Assembly: GCA_951406725.2 (NCBI GenBank)
Contig: OX597835.1
Span: 38,130,001-38,194,000, forward strand
Source of the DNA: Octopus vulgaris
Taxonomy: Eukaryota
Direction of reading: 5' to 3'
Length of the DNA: 64,000 nt
Positions 15,108 to 27,321 of the stretch are shown piece after piece. A model generated the notes under the pieces. That model was given only the letters and a program-made list of their open reading frames with translations. It had not been told where the DNA came from and made no database searches. Position 1 is the first letter of the stretch. Each line of letters opens with the position of its first letter. Made by a program: the position numbers and the translations under genes.

Positions 15108-15253
15108 ATGTATGTATGTATAACGGGAAGGTTTACGAAAATAAACAAAAGACGAAGGCAGGTGGAGTACAAACAAACAAATGTATTAGTATGACGCTCA
15201 GGAATAGAAATAGAAAAAGTATTTTACGTTTCGAGCCTACGCTCTTCGACAGA

Positions 15254-15285
<32 letters not shown>

Positions 15286-15490
15286 CGTGCGTGTATGTGT
15301 TTGTGTGTCTGTGTTTCTCCCCCCAACATCGCTTGACAACCGATGTTGGTGTGTTTACGTACACATTACGTAGCGGTTCGGCAAAATAGACCGATAGAAT
15401 AAGTACTAAGTACTAGGCTTACAAAGAATAAGTCCTGGGTGCTATAGCATGGCCACAGTCAAATGACTGAAACAAGTAAAAGAGTAAAAG
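14838..15490 (+). mobile_element. SINE family B (tRNA-like head, internal microsatellite); other copies at ~8225-8575(-), 15660-15765(-), 16160-16540(-), 36270-36490(+), 38870-39115(-), 41890-42205(-), 44483-44878(-), 50720-51085(-), 58968-59495(+), 59740-60000(-), 62230-62345(-), 62787-63230(+)
   Basis: Recurrent ggagtggctgtgtggtaagtagcttgctt...cccactgcgtggcaccttgggcaag...gaaactgaaagaag [microsatellite] ...cttagcggttcggcaaa...gactgaaacaagtaaaagag. Confidence 0.9.
15121..15253 (-). mobile_element. Solo 3' pLTR fragment of the same Penelope family, with hammerhead (CTGTCGA core), nested in the microsatellite of a SINE
   Basis: The reverse complement matches ~26565-26698 and reads tCTGTCGAagagcgtaggctcGAAAcgTAaaa. 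Confidence 0.88.
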
Positions 15491-16559
15491 ATTAAAGCCA
15501 AGTACACTATATATTATTGAAATAAATAGAAAATTTGTAATCTGGATACAGAAGCTGGAAGTTTCAAAGTAGTTGTCCGTAGTTATCTTCTTTCTCTTTG
15601 ATTTTCAAAGTGATATTCACGTCAACCGGACAGCTGACCTCTATTCCGGTACATAGTAGAAGGCTATAGTAGAAGACACTTACCCAAAATGCCACGCAGT
15701 GGGACTGAACCCGGAACCATGTAGTTCGTAAGCAAGATACTTACCACACAGCCACTCCTACGCCTATATGTATGATTTTTCTTTGAGTTTTACTTAAGTT
15801 CTTGTTGAGAGAGTTGAAGCCGGTCACAAAAAAAGAAACATGACTTTCTGATTTTAGAGACTTCCTGATTTAAGAGAATTCTCGGTGTTTGTAATTGTGG
15901 CTGAGTTGGTGCGTTGGTTAAACTATCGATGCTTACACCCAAGTGTGTCAATCTATTCACATAGGAATTTCAGATGGAGAATGTGTGTGTGTGTGTGTGT
16001 ATGATTATTCAGTTTTATTTCAAAATTTCTTGCCAATAGACAAGAGCCGGTTTCGAACCTAGATCCAAGCCTCCTTCACCGGAATTACAACATCGACAAC
16101 ATGGTATTTTTGTCTGTATGTATATGTGTATGTATGAATATGTTTTATGTATGTGCATGTATTCAGTCATTTCACAGCGGCCATGCTGGAGCATCACCTT
16201 TAGTCGAGCAAATCGACCCCAGAACTTATTCTTTGTAAGCCTAGTACTTATTCTATCGGTCTATTTTGCCGAACTGCTAAGTTACGGGGACGTAAACACA
16301 CCAGCATCGGTTGTCAAGCGATGTTGGGGGACAAACACAGATACACAAACATATACACACACATATATACATATATACGACAGGCTTATTTCAGTTTCCT
16401 TCTATTAAATCCACTCATAAGGCTTTGGTCGGCCTTTGGCTATAGTAGAAGATACTTGCACAAGGTGCCACGCAGTGGGACTGAACCCAGAACCATGTGG
16501 TTGGTAAGCAAGCTACTTACCACATACCCACTCCTACTCCTATGTATGTATATGTTGTA

Positions 16560-16895
16560 TGTATATATTCTCATGCATATAGCTGCATATCTAGACATGC
16601 TCATATATACTTAAATGATAAACTTCTGGAAAGTTTTACAGATTTTCACAGTTCCAGTGATGGCTTAGATCAGTAGTCTCTGAATTAGCTTTCCCCTTTC
16701 TGGTTTTGAGAAGCCTAATTTCTCAAGATTTGTATTTAGGTAGTGTGTTACAAATCTCATTGCCCCAGGAATTACAGGTATAAACCTGAACTTGTAATTT
16801 GGATAGAGTAGCTTTAGATTCCTCAATAGTTCAGCGTAGATATTGTCTTTTTCGCTGATCATTATGTTAACATTCACTGTGCAGCTGATCTCCAT
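16560..16895 (-). pseudogene. 3' fragment of a restriction-like-endonuclease non-LTR retrotransposon in an (ATGT)n tract
   Basis: EISC...EKDNIYAELLRNLKLLYPNYKFRFIPVIPGAM matches the RLE C-terminal E..K..Y..L....P...GA pattern. Both ends abut CATA repeats. Confidence 0.75.
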
Positions 16896-16908
16896 GTATG
16901 TATGTATG

Positions 16909-17462
16909 TCAGGTCACTTTCGAGTGCTACCGGTAACATGTAACCCAGTACAACCTGTTGCATGGTCGGGTCGTCGGTGACTAAAACCGGCAACTCAACC
17001 AAGCTTGCTTGGTGAGGAGGGTGTTTATTGGACAACCTGTGGGACGAAAATCAAAACCCGTCAAAGGGCGGAGGAACTCTTGAGAGTCAACGGCCATCCA
17101 ATAAATGTCTTAAGGCTGTATCATACGCGGGGACATAGAAATAATCGGACTGAATACCCGATCGCGCGGTTAAACCATTGGGAGTGAGGGACTTCTAGCC
17201 TTTGTTAGGGCATCCTTCTAGGAGAAGGTAGCTCAGGTAACTGGGATAACTCCGACATAAAACCTGCGGTTCAGTGGTTACCGATGATGTTGACTTGTTC
17301 TTCTTTTCGGATTGTGGCTGCTGTTGCTTAGTGAGTGGGATTGACTCTGTGCACAGCCTTTCCTCACCTTAAAAAAAAATCTTATTTCACAAGCATTGCA
17401 CGATAACATCATTGATTAAGCTTCGTGCCATGGCCATACTCGATAACGAGGGGGCAGCCACC
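16909..17462 (+). mobile_element. Non-coding ~555-bp element embedded in (ATGT)n; probable non-autonomous retroelement
   Basis: GC-richer, hairpin-rich insert with ATGT repeats on both sides. Contains gggcatccttctaggagaagg, which resembles RTE 5' UTR motifs. Confidence 0.55.
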
Positions 17463-17473
17463 ATGTATGTATG

Positions 17474-17507
<34 letters not shown>

Positions 17508-17625
17508 TGTATGTATGTATGTATGTATGTATGTATGTATGTATGTATGTATGTATGTATGTATGTATGTATGTATGTATGTATGTATGTATGTATGTAT
17601 GTATGTATGTATGTATGTATGTATG

Positions 17626-17659
<34 letters not shown>

Positions 17660-17885
17660 TGTATGTATGTATGTATGTATGTATGTATGTATGTATGTAT
17701 GTATGTATGTATGTATATATGTATTATGCATTCATGTATGCATGTATGTACGTACGTACGTACGTACTTATGTATGTATGTATGTATGTATGTATGTATG
17801 TATGTATGTATGTATGTATGTATGTATGTATGTATGTATGTATGTATGTATGTATGTATGTATGTATGTATGTATGTATGTATGT
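17463..17885. repeat. (ATGT)n microsatellite, representative of the dozens of TA, CA, CATA, CTAT, TAA, CAT, CAC and CT tracts in the window
   Basis: Directly visible. These tracts explain nearly all YI, CV, MYVC, HT, LSIY and poly-I ORFs. Confidence 0.99.
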
Positions 17886-18460
17886 TTGTGTGCCGTTCTC
17901 ATATCCCTAGGAGAGTCGGAGCCAAAAAAAAAAAAGAAAAATGAAAAAAAGGAGGCAGGATTCTATCTTTTGCGATTACCATTTAATCTTAACCTCCCAC
18001 GCTCTTTGAAACTCTGAAAGAAAAAGAAAAAACTTTTGACTTTTCTCAGCCCATTTCATCGACTCAGTGACAAAATTCACAGACACACAGCGAAGTCAAA
18101 AGGAATATAAATGGTTACAACAACAACAGTAACAACAACTACAAAAACTACAACAACAACAGCAATAGCAACGGCAACAACACGTGTGTGGAATTTTATC
18201 GTACATTGTTGTCGAGGATAGCATGGTTCCATTTTTCAAATTCTTTTTTTTTGTTCTTTTTTTTTTTACATATATTCCATGACATAGTAACCTTTTCCTT
18301 AAACCTCACCACGAGACCTCTTCAACACAATAAGACCCATCTATATTCATTCCAACATTTCATCATTTTCTCCTTCTCATTATCTCCGGCTCTCAGCTCT
18401 CGGGCTCCTTGTTCCTGGCTCTCGATCTCACGTACACATAAATAACTTGCACGTGCAGAC

Positions 18461-18492
<32 letters not shown>

Positions 18493-18692
18493 GTCACATA
18501 TGTTTTCTGGGATTTTTTTTTTTTAATATTGTCTTTTTCTCAGTGACTTATGTTAAAATCCTGATTAATCTGTCTAACTCGCATTCCAACATCAGACCTG
18601 ATGAAACAATCAAAAGTATAAAAAAAGACATCTGATGGCTTGAAACATTAGACTAAAATTACAGCGACCTCTGAGATAGGGGACTTACTATT

Positions 18693-18761
<69 letters not shown>

Positions 18762-18925
18762 GTTGTTGTTGTTGTTGTTGTTGTTATCATTATTATTGAT
18801 TTATTTATTTATTTATTTAACTAATGACGACAACAGGCACCTGACTTATAGTACACCGCATCCTCTCCCCACTTATCTACCGCCTCTACCGCCATCACCC
18901 CCTCCACCCCCACAACTACCCCACC

Positions 18926-18957
<32 letters not shown>

Positions 18958-18966
18958 GAGTAACAA

Positions 18967-19049
<83 letters not shown>

Positions 19050-19343
19050 GAAGAACTTTTTGCAAAACCACAATAGAAAAAGGAAGCAAAAACAAAAAAC
19101 AGGAGAAAAAATGAATAAAATTATATATGATTACAATGCGAACAACAACAACAGCAGCAACAACAACAACAACAACAACAACACAATCATAGGATCAGTT
19201 ATGACATTGCTATGTTTGACACCATAAATAATGTGTGAAAAAAAGACACGTTTCTGTGGAGGAGACCAGGGATGAAAATAGACGCGGCGCATTTAAGTAT
19301 GCGGTTTCACATTATCGCAGGCTTCAACAAATTTTGAACAGAT

Positions 19344-19400
<57 letters not shown>

Positions 19401-20231
19401 GTGTTGTTCTTGTTGTTGGTGTTGTTATGTAGAGGACAGTCTGCTTAGCCCTCCTGATTAAAAAAAAAAAAACAGTATCAAAAGCATTCCAGCATTCCCA
19501 TATTTTTGTTTCATTTTGTGGAAGAAAAAGGCTCATGTTCCACTGGGTAAATTGTTGGAATGTTAGACTGAAAGGTCGTGGGTTGGAAAAACATTGAAAT
19601 ATCACCAGAGATTCAGCTTCGAAACCTACATTAATACACCAGATTTAAATATTTTCTAATAAACTTTGAAATTGAGATGATCCCGTGGGTACAACAGCGC
19701 ATTGTTTTCTTGGGCAAGAAAGCGAGAGAGAGAGATGGAAGATTATAACGAATGAACAAAAATCAACATACCAGATGAACACCCAATGTATCGAGATGCA
19801 ATTCGAAAAAGCCCGCCTTTTACATCGATGTATAAATGTAGAACATTTCTATATGCTACGTTGGACACATTGGATGTTCATCTCGTATGTTGACTTTTGT
19901 TCATTCGTTATAATCTTGAATTATGCTCGCACTGATGATTAAAAAGTGCATTTCTTCACTAATTATGAAATCATATGATTTGCAGCTGAATTTTGTTTTT
20001 AAACGGCTCGCTTCGAGAGTTTCATTCCCTCGCATTCGGTACAATGTGTTTATTTATTTTGGTAGTTTTGACATTAAGAGTCCCTTCTAGCGTGTAGCAT
20101 TTATGTATAGTAATGCCCTCTATATAATATAAATAAATATATTTAAGAGAAAATTTGATTGTTTTTTTCTCTTATGAGGTTTTTCACGCTAACTACTTGA
20201 TAAATTCTTATAAAGATTTTATCCTATTTTT

Positions 20232-20290
<59 letters not shown>

Positions 20291-20300
20291 ATATATATGC

Positions 20301-20345
<45 letters not shown>

Positions 20346-20614
20346 CATAAATGTAATGTATATATGCATATATTAGCATGCACACACACATACTTACATA
20401 ACTGCATATATACATACACCACTGTATACATGCATACACACATATATACAGTATATATAGTTTATAGGTTAGAGACAGTTGTTCTCTATACAGAATACAC
20501 TTCGAAGTGCTCAAGAGAATTGAACTTGAGCCGGTAGATGAGTAAACGTAATGACATATCCATACACATGTACATTTTTTCCTGTTAAATGTATTTAATA
20601 TTCCGTGTAAATAA

Positions 20615-20993
20615 GGCGGCGAGCTGGCAGAATCGTTAGCACGCCGGGCGAAATGCTTAGCAGTATTTCGTCTGCCGCTACGTTCAAATTCCGCCGAGGT
20701 CGACTTTGCCTTTCATCCTTTCGGAGTCGATTAAATAAGTACCAGTTACGCACTGGTGTCGATATAATCGACTTAATCCGTGTGTCTGTCCTTGTTGGTC
20801 CCTTCTGTGTTTAGCCCCTTGTGGGTAGTAAAGAAATAGGTATTTCACCCGTTGCTGCATTCTGAGTTCAAATTCTTCCACGGTCGACTTTTCCTTTTGT
20901 CCTTTCGGGGTCGATAAATTAAGTACCAGTTGCGTGCCATGGTCGACTGCCCCCCTCCTCCGAAATTTCGGGCCTTGTGCCTTGAGTAGAAAA

Positions 20994-20998
<5 letters not shown>
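20615..20998 (+). mobile_element. SINE family A; other copies at ~1-140(-), 5973-6115(+), 6140-6455(-), 8597-8865(+), 54610-55020(-), 55655-55960(-), 61320-61670(+), 61706-62062(+)
   Basis: Recurrent ggcggcgagctggcagaatcgttagcacgccgggcgaaatgcttagc...gttcaaattccgccgaggtcgactttgcctttcatcctttcggggtcgat. Confidence 0.9.
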
Positions 20999-21077
<79 letters not shown>

Positions 21078-21455
21078 GCGTGAATAAATTACGTATTACA
21101 TAAAAATTCGTAAATGATTTTAGACTGAAAACTAATGACTCAATCCTTAAGCAGAATCTAAAATTAGTAATGTATGTATGTACCAAACGGGGGGTGTTGT
21201 GAGTTTGTCTAAAACACTCACATGAGTTGGAATTGGTCTTCTGAGAGTTTGGCAGCTTTGAAGAGAATCTGAGAATAAGCTTTTAGATGTGAAAATCTGA
21301 AGAGAGTTAAAAGATATTTTAAAATTCCTCCTTGCCAATTGATTCCAGAAATAACCAGGATATCATCCAAAGAATGAAGTTTTAAACGAGGAACCAGGAA
21401 CCAACACCCACTGAGTACTGTACTTTCACTCTCTCTCTCTCTCTCTCTCACGCTA

Positions 21456-21528
<73 letters not shown>

Positions 21529-21604
21529 TTTTATATCTATCTACATAATTAATAATATCAGGGTAATAAAGATTTTAGAGATTTTTACTACCAGTGGCCT
21601 AGCG

Positions 21605-21823
21605 CAGTGGTTTTCAACCAGGGTTCCGCGGAACCTTAGGGTTCCGCCAGTACAGTCCAGGGGTTCCGCAAGAAGTTACAAAACTGCTAAAATCGGCAGT
21701 AATTTTTAATTCTCCTGTGCAGATATGTATGCATAAAACTATTAAATTATTGCACAGGGGTTCCTCGAGCCAGTGGAATGTTTCCTTGGGGTTCCGCTCC
21801 AGCAAAAGGTTTGAAAAGCACTG
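21605..21823. mobile_element. hAT-type MITE
   Basis: TIR cagtggttttcaacc / ggtttgaaaagcactg, perfect 8-bp TSD gcctagcg (21597-21604, 21824-21831), internal ggggttccg repeats. Confidence 0.9.
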
Positions 21824-21984
21824 GCCTAGCGTATAGAAAAATTAGTCAATAGACTATATATTATTCATATAAAATACAGTGTACATTTAACCACGTTAAG
21901 AAGTATCTATCATAGGACTCCCTTACGCTAGGAGGAACGTCCGATGACGGATACTTCTTAATGTGTTTAAATGTAGACTGTATT

Positions 21985-22030
<46 letters not shown>

Positions 22031-22050
22031 GTCTGTCTGTCTGTCTGTCC

Positions 22051-22090
<40 letters not shown>

Positions 22091-22151
22091 GACTGTCAGT
22101 CTATCTGCCGGCCTGTCTGTGTAAATAAAGAAAGTTATCTAACAATCTCTT

Positions 22152-22234
<83 letters not shown>

Positions 22235-23396
22235 ATGTATGTATGTATGTATGTCTATCTCTCTCTCAGTCTGTTTGTCTGTCTGCCTGTCTGTCTATCT
22301 ATCTATTTATCGTTGCCTTTTTGTATAGACGAGAAAGGGTCAATTCATTATGAATTGTGTGTGTGTGTGTGTGTTTTCGTCCGTCCCGAGTATGACATTA
22401 AAACTACATTTGTTGTTGAGATTCCAGTTCATGAGTTCTGAAGATGTGGGGAGCATTGTGCCATCCATTAGTAACCATTACTTCCAGGTCCATTTTGACA
22501 CGCAATGGTACTACTCATCAGGGTCCCATCTGTACTTTAAAGATAGTGCTGGCCTTGTGCCAAAATTTGAAACCAGTGTTATGCATCATTTGTTAAACAC
22601 CTCGCATTACCTTCATCGACACCTGCTGCCTCGCCACTTTTACATTGGAGAAACTGTTATGCTTTTTTTTTTTTGAAACAGCAAAACCCATCCATGTCCG
22701 GCTACAAAATTTTATGCATTTGCTGGATCATAGTTGTGTTATTTCAACGTTTCGAAATAGATAAAAAAGAAAAAAAAAAGTGATATTTCTTTTTAAAATT
22801 TAGTCCTTCATCCGTGGAACTAACAAAATTTTCCATTTCCTCAATTACCCAGATCTTTTGTTTGGCGATAATTGCAGAGATTTAACGGCTGCAAATAACC
22901 CTACACACACTGCGCTTATATTTTAGAATGACAGGAACAATCGACTGGAACGAATTAAAATCATTTGTAATTTCTAAAATAAATTTGCCTTTTTCCTGCT
23001 GAGTTTTTAACATTCATTGTGTTTCGAAATCGATTGCTTATATTCTTGGATTTCTTATTTTTTATATATATATATTTGCACTTCTAGCAGGAAGCTCACT
23101 TTTACGCTTAATAGGCATATTTTGGAGTGCTAACGTGAATACCAGCAGCCGAAATAGTGTTTCTTCTAAGGATCTCTAGGGTAACGTTGCTCGACAGGGA
23201 GCGTAACCTGGAGATCAGGGAGTCTCTCATGGTTGGGCTGCTACTTCTCTGCATTCAAAGGTCACAGACTGGAGTAACAAGAAATAAAGTGTCTCGCTCA
23301 AGTATACAACACTTCACCTAGAATCGAACTCATGACCTTACATTCGTGAGCCGGATACTCTAACCACTGAGCCAAACGCCTTCGACAGCAACAGTA

Positions 23397-23800
23397 GTGG
23401 AGACGCAATGACCCAATGGTTAGGGCAGCGGATTCGCGGTCGGAGGATCGCGGTTTCGATTCCCAGACCGGGCGTTGTGTGTGTTTATTGAGCGAAAACA
23501 CCTAAAGTTCCACGAGGCTCCGGCAGGTGGTGGTGGCGACCCCTGTTGTACTCTTTCGCCCCAACTTTCTCTCACTCTTTCTTTCTGCTTCTTGTCCCCG
23601 ACTTCCTACGCAACTGCTGAGCCTGGATGCGCATTCATCCATTCGTCGATGCTCTCGGTGTCGAGGGTTGACCTGCTTTCTCTTCTGCGGGGGTCTTACG
23701 AATAGCAAAGGACCACGTTTCGGACTTCTCCCGCTACAGAGGCACGATCTTGCGATCTCTGGGACGAAGACCGCTTCGCTCAATAGCAACAGCAACAGTA
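23397..23800 (+). mobile_element. tRNA-derived SINE (same head as 4733), back to back with a minus-strand SINE at ~23150-23380
   Basis: gtggagacgcaatgacccaatggttagggcagcgg...ggtttcgattccc, with a (caacag) tail. Confidence 0.8.
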
Positions 23801-24347
23801 CAAACTCACTGCATATCATACAATGAATCACAAATATTTTCGTAATCGCTTAATCACCAGTTGTTGGTCATTCTACTTCTGCTTAAAATATTCATCTGTT
23901 AAGTACCATTGCTATATTTATGAGTAGAATTAATCCCAGCAATATGAATAATTTTAATTTATACACTAACAGTTCAAATAATAAATATAAATTAGGCAAG
24001 CAGTTAAGATAAACGTTTAGAAACGTTTCGTGTAATTTATATTCAAATTCTTAATCGTTAATCTATAATTTGTAATTATTCATAATCTCGGGATTAACTC
24101 TTGTCATAAATATCGAATGCTGCTTCTATCCTAGAATGCTGTTGTGGTTAAAGTGTTCGTTATACAAGGAAGGAAGGCGATGGACTTTCTTTTGTAATTT
24201 CGGGTTGATCAAACCCTTTGGGAAAGAAATTTAGTAAGTAGAATCTTAGCGAAACTCTGTTGAATATAGATATGTGTACACACACACACACACGCACGTA
24301 CACACATGCACACATACATACCTACCTACCTACCTTCCTACCTACCT

Positions 24348-24386
<39 letters not shown>

Positions 24387-24409
24387 AACAAACTTGTCTG
24401 AATAAATCC

Positions 24410-24690
24410 AGTTTTACAGTTCTATATTAAGAGACAATTTATGTACATTATTTACATTTGACGGATATTTGTCCTCACCTTGTTTGTTGTTAACACCTTC
24501 CAGGTGTCTTGGGGAAATTTCGAACTTGGGTTCTCATTCCTAAGCTATTTGTTGTTGTTGTTGTTATTGTTATTATTGTTATTATTATTGTTGTTGTTAT
24601 TATTATTATTATTATTCAGGTCACTACCTGGAATCGAACGCAGAATCATGGGGTTAGTAGCCCGTGGGCTTAACCACTGGGCCACATGCC
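24410..24690 (-). mobile_element. tRNA-headed element with internal (AAT/AAC)n and an AT-rich tail
   Basis: Minus strand gggcatgtggcccagtggttaagccc...gcgttcgattccagg (A/B boxes), then microsatellite, then a unique tail. Confidence 0.65.
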
Positions 24691-24882
24691 CAAGTTTTAT
24701 TTTTTAATATAGGAGATAAGTATTTCTATTACATATCTATATCTTATTGCTATCGCCGTGACAGTCACACTCTCTCTGTTTCTCTCTCACTCATGCTCTC
24801 CGTTACTTACTCCCACCACTCTGCTCCTTCCTCACAAACATTTTCTTGTTTACTCTCTATCACTCACGCTTTCTCTCTGTTT

Positions 24883-24922
<40 letters not shown>

Positions 24923-25812
24923 GCACACACACACACACACACACATACACACACATTTATTCTGTCTCTGAAATGAACCTTTGGCGTGAGTTTCTTTAAG
25001 GTAGACGACAGCTTGACAGGCTCCAAAACTATGGCTCCAGACTCCAAAACTATGGCTCCAGCTCATTGTTTTGCGGCACACGCGATATAGTATGCTGACT
25101 CAGATAGGAATTACATCGATCTGCCGAGAATCCAGTCCAGACCTTTGGATTTCGTCGTTGAATTCCTTGGTCCCAGTTCATGGGACCTCGTCTTGCTGGG
25201 TAGAATCATCAGAAAGGATAAAAAGCGAGTTCTCTACGATCCTATCCAACAAAAACGACATTAAAGTAAAGTTACCTTTTCGTGTCATACCAACTCATAA
25301 GGGCCGGTTTCCTGGTTTCAGGGAGCGTATATTCGCCACCTAGACGGGACGTCGGCCCGTCACCGGATTACTCATTTTCGCCAGCTGAGTGGACTTGAGC
25401 AATGTGAAATGAAGTGTGTTGCTCAAGAGCACAGCGCGTCACCCGGTCCAGGAATGGAAACCACAATCTTACAATCATGAATCCAGCCGCATAACCACTA
25501 ATCCACATGTCCCCACTACGAAAATGATAATGGCTAACACCCAACGAAAAAGGTGATCCCATCCCAAACAAGGACTGCACTCGATAAAAGTTATACTCTG
25601 TGTTTGATGAGATATGAAGGGTGTCGTTTATCACGATGTGTTAAACCAAAAGAAAACGATCAATACAGAATAGTGTTGTTGTCAATTGAAAGTATTGCGA
25701 AAAAATTGGCCGAAAAAGAGCCCATTACTGGTCAGTAGTAAAGACGTGTTTCATTTACTCAATAATGCAAGATGACGTATTGTCTAAGCCACTCAGGAAA
25801 TGGCTATGACAG

Positions 25813-25848
<36 letters not shown>

Positions 25849-25853
<5 letters not shown>

Positions 25854-26700
25854 CTCCCTCTTTCCTCCTTCATCCCCCTCATCCCCTTCCTTCTCCCCCA
25901 TCCTCTCCTCTTCCCCCTTCTCCTCCCCCTCTTCTTTCCCTCCCCTTCTCCCCCCTCTTCTCCCCCTCCCCTTCTCTCCCCCCTCTTCTCCCCCTCCCTC
26001 TCTTCTCCTCACTACACCACATGACTTTACACATCACATCACATATGATGTGCCATACTAATACACGCACCAACTAATACATACTAATACGTACTAATAC
26101 ATACTAGTACATACTAATACTTACACCAACCCTATACATACACACGTCCAGACCCCGCACACGCACTTATACTCTCTCACACACACACACACACACCTAT
26201 ACATACCAATACGTACTAATACATACTAATACATACTAATACATACACCAACCCCATACATACGCACGTCCAGACCAATCCTACGCACTAATACTCTCTC
26301 ATACACACACACACACACACACCCTTATACATACTAATACATACACCAACCCTATACATACACACATCCAGACCCCTCCCACGCACTTTTAGCTGGTCCC
26401 TCAACCATTTTATCAACCCTATTATCTCCCCTTATTTCGCTCTCGCGTCTCATGTTTGATCTTTGACCTCTGGCCGAAATCAGATCGCCATGTTGATTCG
26501 TTAGCTACTGCACGCATTTTTTTTTCTCTCCTTTTTTCTGTGTTTTTCTCTCTCTGTGTATCTTTCTGTTGAAGAGCGTAGGCTCGAAACGTTAAAGACT
26601 TGTTTTATTTATATTTCCTGAGCGCCATACTAATACAATTGTTCGTTTGTTTTCCACCTGCCTTCGTCTTTTGTTTATTTTCATAAAGCTTCCCGTTATA
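25849..26700 (+). repeat. 5' pseudo-LTR of the Penelope-like element
   Basis: Near-identical to ~30385-31238. Differences are a few substitutions plus homopolymer and CA-tract lengths. Confidence 0.93.
26561..26598 (+). ncRNA. Minimal type I hammerhead ribozyme (A6U core variant) in 5' pLTR
   Basis: tcttt CTGTTGA a gagc gtag gctc GAAA cg TT aaaga: stem I tcttt/aaaga, stem II gagc/gctc, palindromic AACGTT stem III (dimer-type). Confidence 0.78.
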
Positions 26701-27321
26701 TATTATGCGCTCACGTGGTCTCACTTTCATCCTATATTCTACCAATACCACTATCAACACTTACCTCTACCTTGGATTTTCTTTACCTCTTGGATACTTA
26801 CCATCGGCTGCACCTCTCTTTCGCGGATCAAAGTGACTTTGCATTGATGTGAAATCCTTAAAAAATATACCACGACGTCTACACATTTCTCACCTTGAAC
26901 TTTCAACCTTGAACTTGTTCGCATAAACTGTCCCGTTTGTTGTATTTTTATTTTCTCTTATATTACCACTTTTTTTACATTCATTTCATGCTTTCCACAT
27001 TTTCCTGAATTTTTGTTCTCCTTTCCGTCTTTCTTCCCTCTCTGAATGTCCATACTCCGTTTCCTCTGCCTGCACCCCCCTTTTTTTTGCCTCCCCCTCT
27101 CTCTGCTTCCCTTCTTTCTTTCCCTTTTCCGTTTGCCCCGTCTTTTCTGCCCCTATCGCTTACTTATCTAGTTTTTTCATACGATTATTATTTTTTTGTT
27201 TTTTTTGAACGTTTGTTTTTTCCCCTTTTTTCGCTATCCTTTTTTTCTATTTTTTTCATACGATAATTTTTGTTTTTTGTTGTTTTTGTTTTTTCGAACG
27301 TTTTTTTTCCACTATCCCATC

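Noticed and set aside
25018-25062. Short direct repeat ctccaaaactatggctccag x2, superficially CRISPR-like
   Set aside because: Two adjacent copies with no spacers, in a eukaryotic context; a simple tandem duplication.
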